A stretch of DNA of 64,000 nt. Origin: Octopus sinensis (lineage: Eukaryota). The position numbers were made by a program, and so were the translations under genes. Shown here piece by piece: positions 38,490 to 52,008 of this stretch (position 1 is its first letter; the number at the start of each line of letters is the position of its first letter). The stretch is from positions 27,280,001 to 27,344,000 of the forward strand of contig NC_042999.1 in NCBI RefSeq assembly GCF_006345805.1, given 5' to 3'. The notes under the pieces were generated by a model, which had not been told where the DNA came from, made no database searches, and saw only the letters and a list, made by a program, of their open reading frames with translations.

Positions 38490-39700
38490 TGTCCAGACAA
38501 ACTTTAATGAACTAAAATCTATCTAGGGTGGAAAGGACACGGTCGAGATATTTAGAGATCAGTTCCGTGGGGCAGTTACAGGCGGAGACGATGGGGCGGC
38601 CTGGGTTGTTGGGTTTGTGGATTGGGGGAAGGAAGTAAATAGTGGGAGTGTGGGGAGTGCGGACAATGAGGATGGAGGCAGTAGGAGGGAGAGAGTTGGA
38701 TGAGGAGATTAGGTCATGGATAGTAGAGGACACTATCCATGGAGTGGAGTTGGAGGGCAGAGGGTAGGAGAAGGATGTGTTCTGAAGTTGGCGGAGAGCT
38801 CCAGCTTTATAGTGGTCTGCGGCGCCACAACACCGCGGTTCCACCCTTGTCGGCTGATTTTATGATAATGTCTTTGCGGCATCGAAGACATCGAAGGGCT
38901 GAGAGTTCGGCTGGAGAGATGTTCAGATGTCGGGGACGCCTGTGATGTTAAACCTGTCCACAAAACGTTGACAGATGCTCGCAAAATGATCGACTTCTCG
39001 GAACTGGCCATGATCTGACGTCCAGTGTGATGGTCGGCTACCCAGGTCGGTGAAGCAGTCCTCTTCATTAGATGCAGGTGGAGTTTTGTGGAATAATGCT
39101 TATAGACCGACAGGGCGCACAAAGCTATGAATATCACCTAGGGTCTGAAATTCGTTACTGGATGGAATATGGGGGATGAAGCGCAGACCCCTACTGAGAA
39201 GAGAGCGCTCCACCTCAGAGAGGGGAAGATCAGGATGAAAGGTAACAACAGACTGAGATGTGGTGGGTGGATGGGTTAGATGTGGGAGGAGTGATAGGAT
39301 AGTGGTAGGGGTAGTGGAAGGCTGGGAGGAGATGGAGTAAGTGGGGGGGCGGAGGGGGCGGGGTGAGGATGAGGGGAAGCGTATCGGGGAGCGGTGGGGA
39401 TAGTGGCATCGGATGTGACGGGATGGAGGCGTGAGTGGAAATTACGTTGTTTAGTGCGAGTGAGAAATTCAAGGAAGAAACGGATTTAAATGGATTATGT
39501 AACGTAAATTAGAGTGTGCATAGGAAGTTGAAAGAGAGGACAAAAAGATGGAATAAGCGAGAGGGAAAATGCGGTCGATGGTGTGTATTTTGGAGAGATC
39601 GGAACGAATGGTGGCAGGGATAAGGTGGTAGGAGGTAGGTCGGAGTATGAGTAGGATGGCTGAGGCAGAGTGGAAAGTGAGGTGGAACTAGAAGCTGAAA
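38490..39700 (-). mobile_element. Penelope-like retroelement, N-terminal ORF and start of RT, frameshifted
   Basis: PDLPLSEVERSLLSRGLRFIP, IIIKSADKGG, IYFLPPIHKPNNPGRPIVSACNCPTELISKYLD. Confidence 0.85.
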
Positions 39701-39739
39701 CCTTTGGGGATGAGGCGGTGGTGAAGGCATATATGTGTG

Positions 39740-39822
<83 letters not shown>

Positions 39823-40853
39823 ATGTGTGTGTGTGTGTGTGTGTGCATGTATGCGTATGTATGTATATATGTATATATTAGGATAGTATATTATCACCTC
39901 ATATTGAAAATACCGTATCAAATATATTTCTTCATTTATTCTACATTGAATTTTCTAGAGTGTAGAGCAATAGTAATGAATTACGTGACTTGCCAAACGA
40001 CTGCAACTTTCAAATAAATACTTTCTAACATGGACATATCTTCGAATATTTTCATTCTCTACACATTTGTTTGCCTCTGTGTATAATCCTCAGAATTTGT
40101 ACACATCTGAATCGTGTAGATTTTTTTTTTTTTATGAATATACACTATAACAGCGCTTATAACGGAAGTAATTTTGATAGTAGGCTATAAATATATCTTT
40201 ATATAGAATCTATTCATTCCTTAATTCCATAGCTTCTCACGTTATATGTCATATATTATTATTGTCTTCACAAATAGCTATAGCTTCGCAATATGATATT
40301 TTCAACATTTTCAAAATTTGTTGCTATGCGTTTATAACTGAAACCATTGTTTTGCTGCAAGCCTGAATATTATAGAACCATGTATATATGCAGTAAACAT
40401 TAAGTATTATTTTGCATACAGAAATCTTCCATAATTATGCCACAGCGCTTCTAAATTATTATGTCTATTTTTCATGTAAAAGAGCTAAGTGGATCTTATA
40501 TCGGCTTTTAAAGAGTTGCCTAATAAACAAAAAATATATTTATGCGATATTAAATCAATACCACTGAAACATGATTATGGTATTATATATCACATAAATA
40601 TACAATATATTTCGAATGGAATCACTTTGAGATTTTGAAATTGGTTTTGAAAAGGATGCCAAAGCGTTCAAGAACATCCCGACGATTTGTAACGCATACC
40701 AAAGAGGAAAAATTGCTTCTCTATGATATACATATCATACCTAAAGTCCTTCCATATGTGTAGGCAGAAACATTAAGTAAAAGAAACATTTAACTTTTCT
40801 TTTTCCTATAATGGGCATTAGACATCTTTCTTAGACTTTCATAGCATCATGAC

Positions 40854-40895
<42 letters not shown>

Positions 40896-41476
40896 CCTCG
40901 TGTGTCATGAATTACTGGTTGGAATGTGTTTGATCATTCATATATCTCATATATACGATTAAATCCAACAGCAGAATATCTATATAGCGGCATGACTTCC
41001 TAAATGCAACTGCTACATATCCCTAAGATTTTACTAGGCAGTCCATGTATGTGTGTGTGCTTGTGTGTGTGTATGTATGTGTGTGTATGTAAAGGTAACA
41101 TTCAAGGATCAAGGTGTAGGAATTTCATAAGCTTCGAGGAGTCCGTAGAAGGTATATAAAATATATTTCAGGGCCAATAGTGATTTATTGACGTAGAAGG
41201 TTGTAAATTTTTCCCAAGCTGCAAAAAGCTATTTTGTAGTTCATGGTTAGCAGCTCAGGTTGATGTATATGCGATTAAAAATCTAAAATTAGGGAATGGC
41301 GGAGATTAAATCCAGGCTACAGGTTTCATAGTAACAAGAAAATCGGGAGTAGTAATTACCTAAACGAGGGGTAATCTGCTAGCTACTCGTCGGGACAAAA
41401 GTACTTTAATCAAATTAAGTTTACGTTGTCGTCAAGGGATTCCAAGTTAACTCACAGGAGATCCGATATCTATAGG

Positions 41477-41630
41477 TGTGGGTATGTGGTAAGAGGCTGG
41501 CTTCCAACCACATGGTTCCGGGTTCAGTCCTACTGCATGTATACAGTCGATTCATTCGGCTAAAATTTCATCAGTTTGGTGTTCCAACATGGCTGCAGTC
41601 TAATGACTGAAACCAGTAAAAGATAAAAGA
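41477..41630 (+). mobile_element. SINE family A with large internal deletion
   Basis: Head ggttccgggttcagtcc joined to tail catggctgcagtctaatgactgaaac. Confidence 0.7.
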
Positions 41631-41646
41631 TTTACATATATATACG

Positions 41647-41713
<67 letters not shown>

Positions 41714-41989
41714 ACATACATATATATATATATATACATGCATACATACATATATGCGTACATACACACATGCACACACGTACATACATATATACACACA
41801 CATACATGCATACATACATACATACATACATACATACATACATACATACATACATACATACATACATACGTACGGAACTGAAGAACGTAATCAGTATTGA
41901 TGGTTTATATAATGTACACGTGGTTTATAAAACCAGCAAAACCTCAACCATAACCTCAAAGCTCGGTGGTGTGGCCAAATGCCTCTGAC

Positions 41990-42200
41990 CTCATTAATCG
42001 TCATAGCACAAGAACCCTGCACATATGCCTATCTGCAGTCATGAGTATTGTCCACCCAAGACATTTCTTCTACGTGCTACGCCTCCTGAGGAAACATTTA
42101 CGAAAATCTTACCGTGCTGTCTTAAGATGGGACGGAGACATTTGATGCGATAGGCACAGAGAGATGTTGATGAAGGAGAACTCTGAAATATTTCAGTTCA
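41990..42200 (-). mobile_element. Possible RTE LINE 3' remnant
   Basis: LGWTILMTADRHMCRVLVL resembles an RTE C-terminal DR..WR motif. Confidence 0.3.
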
Positions 42201-42889
42201 AACACCTCCTGACAGAGAATTAGTAAATTTAAGTATTGGTTTAAGTTGATGTATTTATCCATACATTTAGGTACTGTAAAGTCGCTCGGGAATTAACCAA
42301 TTGAAGATCAAAAGGTTTCCAGCAGTGACACATTTTATTTTTTCATACATTTCCCAATGCTTTGTTTCATTTCTTTTATGGAGTGATTTCTGTGAGATAA
42401 GGCACTTATTTCTGAAAGTTATAACTATTCTATTGAGACTCCTTCAATCACAAAATTTATTTTAAAGAGGTACTCTTGCATTAGATGAACCTCTACTAGT
42501 ATATTTTGTGAGAAACAAAACGAATCAAAATACATTTAGAATGTTTCATTATACATTTATTCAAAGATATTTCAAAGTGGTTTTTGTATATACAATGCTG
42601 TGGCAGTATTCAGTAAAGAAGTATAAAACAATTCATTACATATAAACTACGTTATACGAGATCGCTGTAGGGAATGTAAAAATTATAAAAATTCTATTTT
42701 TGTCTATGACACCTTGTGACGACCAGGATCCTCCACCTGTGTAATACACTCAACGCTGTGATTTTGTCATCTACACGTTGCGGGTAGATGATAGGCTGAT
42801 GGAAGTATATTATTCTTTTCATCTCTCTTGGAAAATTCATTTAGATGTTACCTAAATATAAATCATTAAATAATCTTTTCTGCTATAGG

Positions 42890-43050
42890 TAGCAAGGCCT
42901 GGAATTTGTGGAATGGGGATAGTTGATCACATCGATCTCACTATTTAACTCATTCTCAATTTATCGACCACGAACCTATGAAAGGCAAGGTCGACTTCGA
43001 CGAAATTTGAACCCAGAACGTAGGTGGATGAAATACCGCGAAATACTTTG
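42890..43050 (-). mobile_element. SINE family B
   Basis: tttatcgacc...tgaaaggcaaggtcgacttcgacgaaatttgaacccagaacgta. Confidence 0.7.
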
Positions 43051-43065
43051 ATATTAGTATCAATT

Positions 43066-43235
43066 AAGCCATCGAGTTGACAGAACCGTTAGCGGCATTT
43101 CAACAGTCTTTACGTTCTGAGTTCAAATTCCGCCGAGTTTGACTTTGCCTTTCATTCTTTCGGGTCGAGAAAATAAGTTACAGTTCTTACCTTCTCCTCC
43201 CAAACTGCTGGCCATGTTCCAAAATTTGAAATATT
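43066..43235 (+). mobile_element. SINE family B (tail type 2)
   Basis: ttacgttctgagttcaaattccgccgag...ctggccatgttccaaaatttgaaa. Confidence 0.75.
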
Positions 43236-43607
43236 AGAAACAATGTTTGTGCCTTGGTGATTTCACACCTGTCCATTCCCTCAGCTTAGAACACTCGGTG
43301 TTCCATCGTTTTGCAGCCGCATTAGACTCGAGACAAATTTGTGATACATTTTAGAATTTTAAAAAATGCACAAATGCTAGCAAACATGGTAAATCTTTGA
43401 GATGAACAAGTAGCAGTCATTGATCTTGCATTAGTTTTCACGAAGCACATTCAGGTATTCGATTAACTCAACAAGCTACTCGTGCCTGTGCAATTTACAC
43501 TGTTTCTTTGAAGTACCAGTTTCTTGGTCGAGTAATTAAAACAACTGTTGTTTCCCTCTCACCGTTTCGAGTCAATAAATAAAATTCCAATCAACTCCTG
43601 CTATTGA

Positions 43608-43733
43608 TTCTTCTTCTTCTTCTTCTTCTTCTTCTTCTTCTTCTTCTTCTTCTTCTTCTTCTTCTTCTTCTTCTTCTTCTTCTTCTTCTTCTTCTTCTTC
43701 TTCTTCTTCTTCTTCTTCTTCTTCTTCTTCATC

Positions 43734-43769
<36 letters not shown>

Positions 43770-43793
43770 TTCTTCTTCTTCTTCTTCTTCTTA
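43608..43793. repeat. (CTT)n(CAT)n tract
   Basis: Direct reading. Confidence 0.95.
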
Positions 43794-44556
43794 ACATTTT
43801 AAAAATTTCTTTGTAGTCCTACAATATGATGTTATGTAACAAAGGAAAACATCCAAAAAGATAATAACAGGAAACCACCTTTGTAATTTTCCCGGCAATT
43901 CCTGCGACATTTACTTTGCCTCTCAAGGAACAAGGAGATATTTATCGATCTCATCATACAAAGAACAAATAACTACTAATGAACAGTTTAACCGAAAATA
44001 AAATAATTGTTTTTGATAACTTTAACCTCACATATTCAATTTTGTATTTTTGTAGTTTAAGTGTTAACGTTTCCAAATATACATTAAGCTTTAATTTGAG
44101 TAAAATTAATATTAATTAAATGTAATACAATTAATTTCAGAGATGATTCTATATTCTCTTTCCTAATCATGACTTTAAAAAAATAAACAAAGTAAAGGCA
44201 ACGGAAAATATCACTGAGTTAAATACAGCTGACATTTTGGAAACCAACTTATTAAGATAAATCGATTGCATGTTTCGCTGTAAAACCGTTTTACCATATT
44301 TAAACATTTTCATTTACAGAAATAGAAATTATTAGCATTTTACGTTTTATACTATTTTAAATCTTCTTTTAGACTGTAATAACAAATTTTCAACGATAGA
44401 ATGTGTGATTAAAAGTTACATTAATAATAGAGACTTTTGCCTGACTATACCAATTTCACTATTTTAGTTGCTTTGTTGATCTGTTGTGTCTGCTATCAAA
44501 TGAACTCTACACAACAGGGATCTGATCGGACCACATGAATAATAATAATAATAATG

Positions 44557-44607
<51 letters not shown>

Positions 44608-44629
44608 TAATAATGATAATAAAACAATT

Positions 44630-44800
44630 TTTAAAAAAATTTATTTATTAGACATTCACTAGTACAACACCAAAAAACCCCAAATAGATGGCACACTAGG
44701 CATAACAACAACGTGGACTTCCAACCTGTTGTCTCTTGAGGTCTCTGGGTGAGGTCTCTTGGAGCCAACTTGTAAAAACATAAAGCAAAAGTCAAACATA
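44630..44800 (+). mobile_element. Unique block flanked on both sides by (TAA)n; possibly a 5'-truncated R4/Dong LINE 3' UTR
   Basis: Flanking arrays seen directly; the family assignment is inference. Confidence 0.35.
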
Positions 44801-44854
<54 letters not shown>

Positions 44855-44889
44855 TAATAATATAATAATAATAAATAATAATAATAATG

Positions 44890-44944
<55 letters not shown>

Positions 44945-44951
44945 TGATAAT

Positions 44952-45388
44952 AATAATAATCATGGTTTCAAAATTTGGCACATGGACTGCAATTCCGGCG
45001 AGAGAATAAGTTGATTATATCGACCTCAGTGTTCAACTCGTACTTAATTTACTGACCCCGAATGGATGAAAGGCGACGTCGACCTCAGGGGCATTTGAAA
45101 TCTGAACGTAAAGTCAGAAGATATGCCGCTAAGCATTTTTCCGTCGAAGTATCCACTCTGCCAGCTCGTCGACTTAATGGTTTCAACTTTTGCCACAAGG
45201 GCAGCCACTGTAGGGGAGTCGATGAGTCGATCATATCGAGCCAAGTGTTTCACTGGTACTTAATTTATCAAACTCCAAATGATGAAAGGCAAAGTCAATC
45301 TCGGCGGAATTTGAACTCAGAACATGAAGACGAAATACTGCTAAGTAATTCGCCCGGAGTGTTAACGATTCTGCCAGCTCGCCGCCTT
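44952..45388 (-). mobile_element. Two tandem SINE family B copies (44952-45175, 45177-45388), tail type 2
   Basis: Each begins atggtttcaa...ttgcc/ggcaca and ends ctgccagctcg(t/c)cg(a/c)ctta. Confidence 0.8.
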
Positions 45389-45407
45389 AGTAGTAGTAGT
45401 AATAGTA

Positions 45408-45514
<107 letters not shown>

Positions 45515-45604
45515 GATGATGATGATGATGAAGATGATGATGAAGATGAGGATGATGATGATGATGAAGATGATGATGATGATGATGATGAAGATGATGA
45601 TACT

Positions 45605-46017
45605 AAATAAAGGATAAAAGATCCGATGTAGTGATCAGAGATCACAAAGAAAAAATGCCTTGTAATCGATGTATCAATACCAACAGATGGCACTGTATCT
45701 CTAAAAAAAGCGGAGAAACTCTCAAAGTAAAAAAGATTTGGAAATAGAAGTAACCTAAATGTGGAGCCTAAAAATAGAAACAATCCCTATAATAATAAAT
45801 GCATTAGACATGATTACAAAACGTCCCGGGAAATGCATAACCAAAGCACCAGGAATTACGAATGTTTATAACATGCAGAAAATAGTGCTACTAGACATAG
45901 CGCACATCATATGTAAAGCACTTTCAATACAGTGAAAATAAGAGCACCACAACAAACCAAACCCCATGCCCAAGGCACATGGAGCTGCGCTCGGTAGTGC
46001 AGTGAAAGCATGTGATA

Positions 46018-46020
<3 letters not shown>
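45605..46020 (+). mobile_element. R4/Dong-like LINE 3' end (REL domain, 3' UTR, TAA tail)
   Basis: PDVVIRDHKEK, IDVSIPTD, DLEIEV, TIPIII, QKIVLLDIAHIICKALSIQ across frameshifts. Confidence 0.8.
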
Positions 46021-46066
<46 letters not shown>

Positions 46067-46088
46067 TAATAATAATAATAATAATAAT

Positions 46089-46245
46089 AATGTGAGGTAT
46101 ATTTGCCATCTCAATATGACTAACCACTCAGGGTGGGTGTTACTGTAGCTTGTAGCCCCAGGAGAACATCTACTGGGGCTACAAGCTACAGTAACACCCA
46201 CCCTTAGTGGTTAGCCATATTGAGATGGCGAATATACCTCACATT
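46089..46245. mobile_element. 157-bp near-perfect palindromic MITE/foldback
   Basis: 73-bp arms (aatgtgaggtatat...gtagccccag / ctggggctac...atatacctcacatt), about 3 mismatches, 11-nt loop. Confidence 0.9.
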
Positions 46246-46254
46246 GTCGTGCAG

Positions 46255-47300
46255 TTACTGTTTATACCTCGTTCAAAGATTTATTATTGCAATAATAATA
46301 ATGAGAATGAGAATAACAACAACAACAGCAGCAGCAGCAGCAACAACAACAACAACAAAAACAATAATAATAACTGAATAACTCTGATGACTGGATGTTA
46401 AAACTTGTCTCAAAACATGAAAACAAGAAAGTATCATACTCAGTAACAAAATAGGCAAAGGAATATCTAGGTGAATTTCGAATACAACAAATTTCGGAAT
46501 TAGACATACTAGAAACAAGCGCAGATAAAGCTAAGCACATGAAAACCCGTGCTAAAACTCCTGCCTTAAATATTCTGAATGATAAATGGCAAGAAAAACC
46601 TCTCTATGGCAAATACCCAAAGAGAGCGAATAATGTAGATGTTGACAAAGCCCTGACCCTGGCTTAAAATCTGAAACAGAAGGGTTTATCACAGTAGCTC
46701 AAGATCAATGTCCACCAACAAGGAACTACCAGGCCAACATATTAAAGAACGGCAGTAGCCCAACATGTCGTGTATGTCAACAACAAAATGAAACCATTGA
46801 TCATGTTGTCTCCAAGTGCAGTCTTCTAGCGCCTACAGAGTATCTCAACAGGCGTGATAGAGCTGCACAATATATTCACTGGGTAATTTGCAAAAACCTG
46901 GATTTGCGCCATGAAAAAAACTGGTGGGAACAGAAACAACCTCCAGTGCTTGAAAATGACCACATCTCACTCCTCTGGAACTTCACCATTCAAACTGACA
47001 GAAAGATAGATGCAAATAGGCCAGGCATCATATTGAAAGACTTCAGACAAAGAACATGCCTCCTCATTGATATGACTGTCCCAATCGATATAAACGTATC
47101 TGTCAAGACCTACAAAAAACTAAGCAAATATAAAGATCTTGAAATAGAAATCTGCAAAGTGTGGAAACTGAAGGCTAAAACAATACCTATTGTCATAGGT
47201 GCCCTAAGAATGATAGCAAAAGGGGCTGATTGCTACCTAACTCAGATACCAGGAAACCCAAAAATGGCAGAAATTCAAAAGATAGTGCTCATGGGAAGCA
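46255..47300 (+). mobile_element. R4/Dong-like REL LINE fragment
   Basis: LKSETEGFITVAQDQ, CCHC knuckle CRVC...ETIDHVVSKC, REL RPGII...IDMTVP...KLSKYKDL (ORF 46904-47314). Confidence 0.9.
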
Positions 47301-47319
47301 AAGTCAGACATTAAGTGTG

Positions 47320-47620
47320 GGCGTTTACATATGATGAAATGAGAGAAAACAAAGTTAATGGAGCCCTCTCAATTTCATCCAATAACCTTGGACATCGATT
47401 TGGGATCTTCCAATTTGTAATTTTACTTACCTCTGGTTTTATCTTTCCTGTATATATTTTTTAAGTTGTCTTGACCTTGTAAATTTATTAATCAATCTTC
47501 AATTTCATACAGCCACTCAGCATTATCATTATGCTTTAAAACTTGATCCCAGATCCACCCCTACCGCCAGTCAAAATGCTCTGCTGACGTCTGACATTTG
47601 GGACAAGTTGAGAGGTTTGG
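47320..47620 (-). mobile_element. R4/Dong-like LINE, pre-RT fragment in the opposite orientation
   Basis: HNDNAEWLYEIE...QDNL...DVQGYWMK. Confidence 0.6.
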
Positions 47621-47899
47621 AAAAAAGTAATTACAAAACGAAAGCATTAGAATAAGTCTGGAAAGAACATTTAGGATATAAAATAGCGGATATAATGTAA
47701 TATTGGAAGAACTGAAACGAAGAGCAGTAGCAATCAAGGCAAAGCTGAAAATATATGCCAATAGAACAGAACTATTCAGGCTGAACAGATTGCCTTAAGT
47801 CAATCAAAAATTTTATTTGAAGTGCTAGAAAGGCAATTTCATCTAACACTGGTACAAACGGAATTTGGAATGAGAACATAAAGCCAGAAGAAATGCCGC

Positions 47900-48700
47900 T
47901 GGGTAACTAAGGAACTGCATAGATCTCTAGTTGCTCTGAACACCTTGAGTAATATCGCAACTATCCCTCTCTTTTCAGTCAACTCATGCATTCTCCTGAG
48001 CCATTCTTGTCATATTCGCCCAAATTTTGACGAATTTAATGTCAGGCGACAGAACCTCTCTCACTCTCTACTCTCAGCTTCCTTTTCAAGCACGACAGCT
48101 TGACCGAAGAGTTAAGTATCTGTCTTCATTCCTTCTAATCATCTCCACTACACAACTGCTTTCGCTAGTACAAAGAGGAAAACCATCCTCCCTTCCCTGC
48201 CAAAGAAGCACAGCGAGACGATATTCGCAATAGACTCGGCTGATAGCCATATATGTTCTACAGAATGCAGCTATACTGTATGAACGCGTACAGGATGGTA
48301 TCGTCTTTCTATGTGTATCTCAGTCAGCTTGTCTGACCGCACTACCATGCATGTATGGTATATACCAAGCCGGCAATGTCCTTCAGTAGCAATATTAGGT
48401 TATGTTTTCCTGGAAATTTTCCATGAGCCCTTTTCTCATATTGCTCCAATTGTCTCCCATTGTCTCCCACGTGGATGTTCCCGATCTTACCACTAATCTT
48501 CTATGGAATAAAACAAGTGAACATCCAGGGGCCACATTACCGGAGTGATGAGGGCTATGAGAGTTTGTGATCACCCTAGAGGTCAGGCGTCTTGCCTCAG
48601 TCTACGCTTGAACCAGGACTGTATATCTATCAATTGAACGACTTGCGGAATAAAGAGTCTGGCAAATGGGAAGCACACCTGCTTACTATAAAGGGAACGG
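47900..48700 (-). mobile_element. Possible heavily decayed L1-like LINE (APE end/linker)
   Basis: SDHKL followed by GPW in the expected order; otherwise poorly readable. Confidence 0.3.
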
Positions 48701-50029
48701 TGAAGATCTCGTAGCCTCGGTGCATGTGTACACCTCTTTGGCCATAACAATCCTCCACAAAGTGTATTTTGATAACAGATAACCGTCTAACCATTGGAGC
48801 ACCTTCATAACACAGATATCAGAAGAGCAAGCACTCCGTTTCGACAGGCCAAAGCAAAGTGATCTGACGTCAGTAGGTCACTAATGCGATATTTGCATTG
48901 TCCACCTCTGCTTGACCCTTCAGGTATCGGCTTCTCTCAGTATATTTTTGGGTGAAACTAGCCACTCAGATTGAGGTTGTACGCTTAAACACACATGGAC
49001 CCATTGCTTCTTAGTTCTCGCGGGATACCGCTCGGAACTTCAAACTTCTGTAATAGTGGTTCTATTGTCTATTAGTACTCTAAGTTCGAGAGGAGCTAGT
49101 CAATTAGTACTGTAAGTACTAATTGGCCGAATGCATGCATGACGCTGAATGGTTCTGACTGGCGGTCATTTAGTTTGACCATCGATTAAAGGTCGTTGCC
49201 TATTGCAGCTATCCAACTTTTGAAGACGTTTTCTCAGCTAGTTGCCTTGAGTACGACTGCCAAGTATGAGCATATCGAAAGACTTTCGAATGATGTAAAT
49301 TTATCAGAGCCTCATCTACCTACACTTTCAGCTGATGTAGCGCGTGATATGGAGGTTGTTATGTGTAAACTTATATTGGATGACACATGTCAACCTCATC
49401 AGCGACAAGACTATGAAGAACAACCGCAAAACTTGGCCAAAATCTTCAACTTTGTGCTTTGCAGATTTACGGGCTGAAAGTTGTTAGTCATCCGCCTTGT
49501 TCGGGGTTTTTTTTATTAATTTTCTTCATTTTCAACCTCCACACCATCCTCCTCCTCCTCATCATCATCATCATCCACGGTTGGTGAATGATCAAACTGG
49601 AAGCAAGTCTACTAACATACGTTGCAGCAGAGAGTTACGTCCATTTCTCTTCATAGTTCTAATCCCACTGAGTTTGACTTTATTTACCATTCTTCTAGGG
49701 GAGGCTCAATGATTAAATATTTGTGAAGTAGTATGAGATATTGATATAATCAGCAAAACTCTTCCCCAAAATGCCTGGCTCTAGATAAACATTTACTATC
49801 ATCTCCCAACTCATAATTAGAATCATTAGAATTCCAACATTTAGTCTCGAGACTTAACGTTCTGGGTTTAAATTCTGTCGATATGAGATTTATTTTTCCC
49901 CTTTTGTCGATAAAGTGATAGTGATACAATGTAAATAATGGTAGCCATATCCTAAAATGTTTTTCCTAATATCTATGACAGAAATCCATGTTTATTATTA
50001 GGACAGATAAATAAGGCAATATACTGGTA

Positions 50030-50220
50030 GAACCGTTAGCAAGCTGGATAAAATCCTTGGCAGCATTTCGTCCGTTTTTACTTTTCGATTTCAATTTCCA
50101 CCGAGATTAACTTTGCCTTTCATCCTTTCGGAATGGATAAAATATGTACCGGTTGAATACCGGGAGCGATGAAGTCGACTAGCCCCTTCCCATAAAATTT
50201 CGGACCTTGTGCATTTAATT
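50030..50220 (+). mobile_element. SINE family B (tail type 2)
   Basis: agaaccgttagc...actttgcctttcatcctttcgg...ggaccttgtgc. Confidence 0.7.
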
Positions 50221-50449
50221 GAAAGTATTATTAAGAGAGCTATGAGAGTTAACAAAATACCACTTGATTTATTCACTTTCGCTCGCAGTTCAAATCTCAC
50301 AAGAATCAAATTATATTCTTTCCTTTCGGGATTTTGAAAATTACTGTCAAACACATACCCTCATTCAATCGAAAATAACTTCCAGAAAACAGTTTAGGTC
50401 CGGTTTTCCATCGTCCTAATGCTTATTCCATTTCCGTGCAAGGTTCACT

Positions 50450-50690
50450 TATTACTAATATTGATGTAACCAAAATACTGTTCCAGTCGTTCGGATAACT
50501 GCTAATATTGCTGTCACCGAGATCGATTACATACTGCTAATATTGATGTCACAATGATGTAATTTCCATTCGAAGATTTATAGCTAATATTCATGTGACT
50601 GAGATGTAGTTCCAATCGATGGTTTATTGGTTGTATTGATGGGACTACGATGCAGTTCGAATTTATCGGCTTATTGATGATATTGATTGC
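50450..50690. repeat. Degenerate ~35-50-bp minisatellite
   Basis: Core ctaatattgatgtcac recurs at about 50452, 50497, 50532, 50582, with weaker copies at 50632 and 50676. Confidence 0.6.
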
Positions 50691-51789
50691 AAAAGGTATG
50701 ACTCTAATAAATGTGTCATTCTATTTGAGAATGGAAGCCCAGCAATATTAACCAGGTTCTGAAGCAACATTTCTCGTCAAGGCGAAGGACTAGAATTTGT
50801 ATTCAGACCGCAAAAAGCCGGAGCTGATACAATAAGGTATATCTCTGACGTTCGAAGAATTCTGCTATATTTTATAGCCCTCCCAGTTCGTACATATTGG
50901 CCTTTAAAGATTGAGCTCACTGGGATTTGAACTCAGACCGTAGTGATCGAGGTCACATATTGCAAGGTATTTGTGCCAACACTTTCTCTTCATCATATAA
51001 CTGGGCTTGCGTTTTTATTAGAAATCACTTTTAAGCTATTACTGAACTGACAGAATCGGCAGATTAGCAAATAGATTAACAGAATCACTAAATCCATTGG
51101 CAAAGGATTTGTATTATTCAGTTACGTCCCTGTATGTCTTGACCTCAGTTCTCAATGGACTGCACACACCTACACACATAGGTATATTATATATATGTAC
51201 GTATGTGTGTGTGTGTGTGTGCGCACGCGTGTGTGAATGTACCTCGTATTGCTCTAATAATCTACCCAAAAGAATCTAAAGATACATATATGCACATAAC
51301 TCGGTTCTATACATGTTTGTACATGTCTGAATGTCTAAATAGCTCCTTGTGTTGAAGACAAGGTTGGCAACTACTGTACTGGGGCACAACGCATTTCCTC
51401 TGTTGGCTGCTTGCCTCGAGACAATGTTACTGAACTTTCTTTAATGATTTGTCAAATTTAAAGAACATTTAATTCTTCAAATTAACTCCTGTTTCCTACT
51501 AGGGATTGCTTCTAGTTACTACTGTGCGACTTTTCTACGTTCTCTGGAAGCGAGAATAGTTTCAAGAATTTATCGTCTATGGCATTCAAAATACTTTTAT
51601 TCGCTTTTCTTTATCAAATACATACGACTGTCACTCTGTTATTTCTCTTAATTCATTTTCGTTTTAGCAATACATGAATATTTGCAAGTACGCATATAAT
51701 TCACACACACACGCACATACATATACACATACACCTATTTAAATATATATATATATAGATATATATATATATATATATATAATATATAT

Positions 51790-51886
51790 ATGTAGTATGT
51801 GACAATCATTCGGTAGCCATTATAAAACTCCGAGTTCGGATGTCGGAGTTTTATCATGGCTACCGAATAATTGTCACATATTACAT
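51790..51886. repeat. 97-bp hairpin (44-bp arms, 9-nt loop)
   Basis: atgtagtatgtgacaatcattcggtagccattataaaactccga versus tcggagttttatcatggctaccgaataattgtcacatattacat. Confidence 0.85.
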
Positions 51887-51970
51887 TTACAGACAAATTC
51901 CTCTATTTACATAATATCGAGGTCTCTTTCATTCTTTTATTGTCTTACCATTTCTATCAATATATATATG

Positions 51971-52008
<38 letters not shown>

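Noticed and set aside
50450-50690. CRISPR-like repeat-spacer appearance
   Set aside because: Repeats are degenerate, spacers are related to each other, the context is eukaryotic and there are no cas genes.
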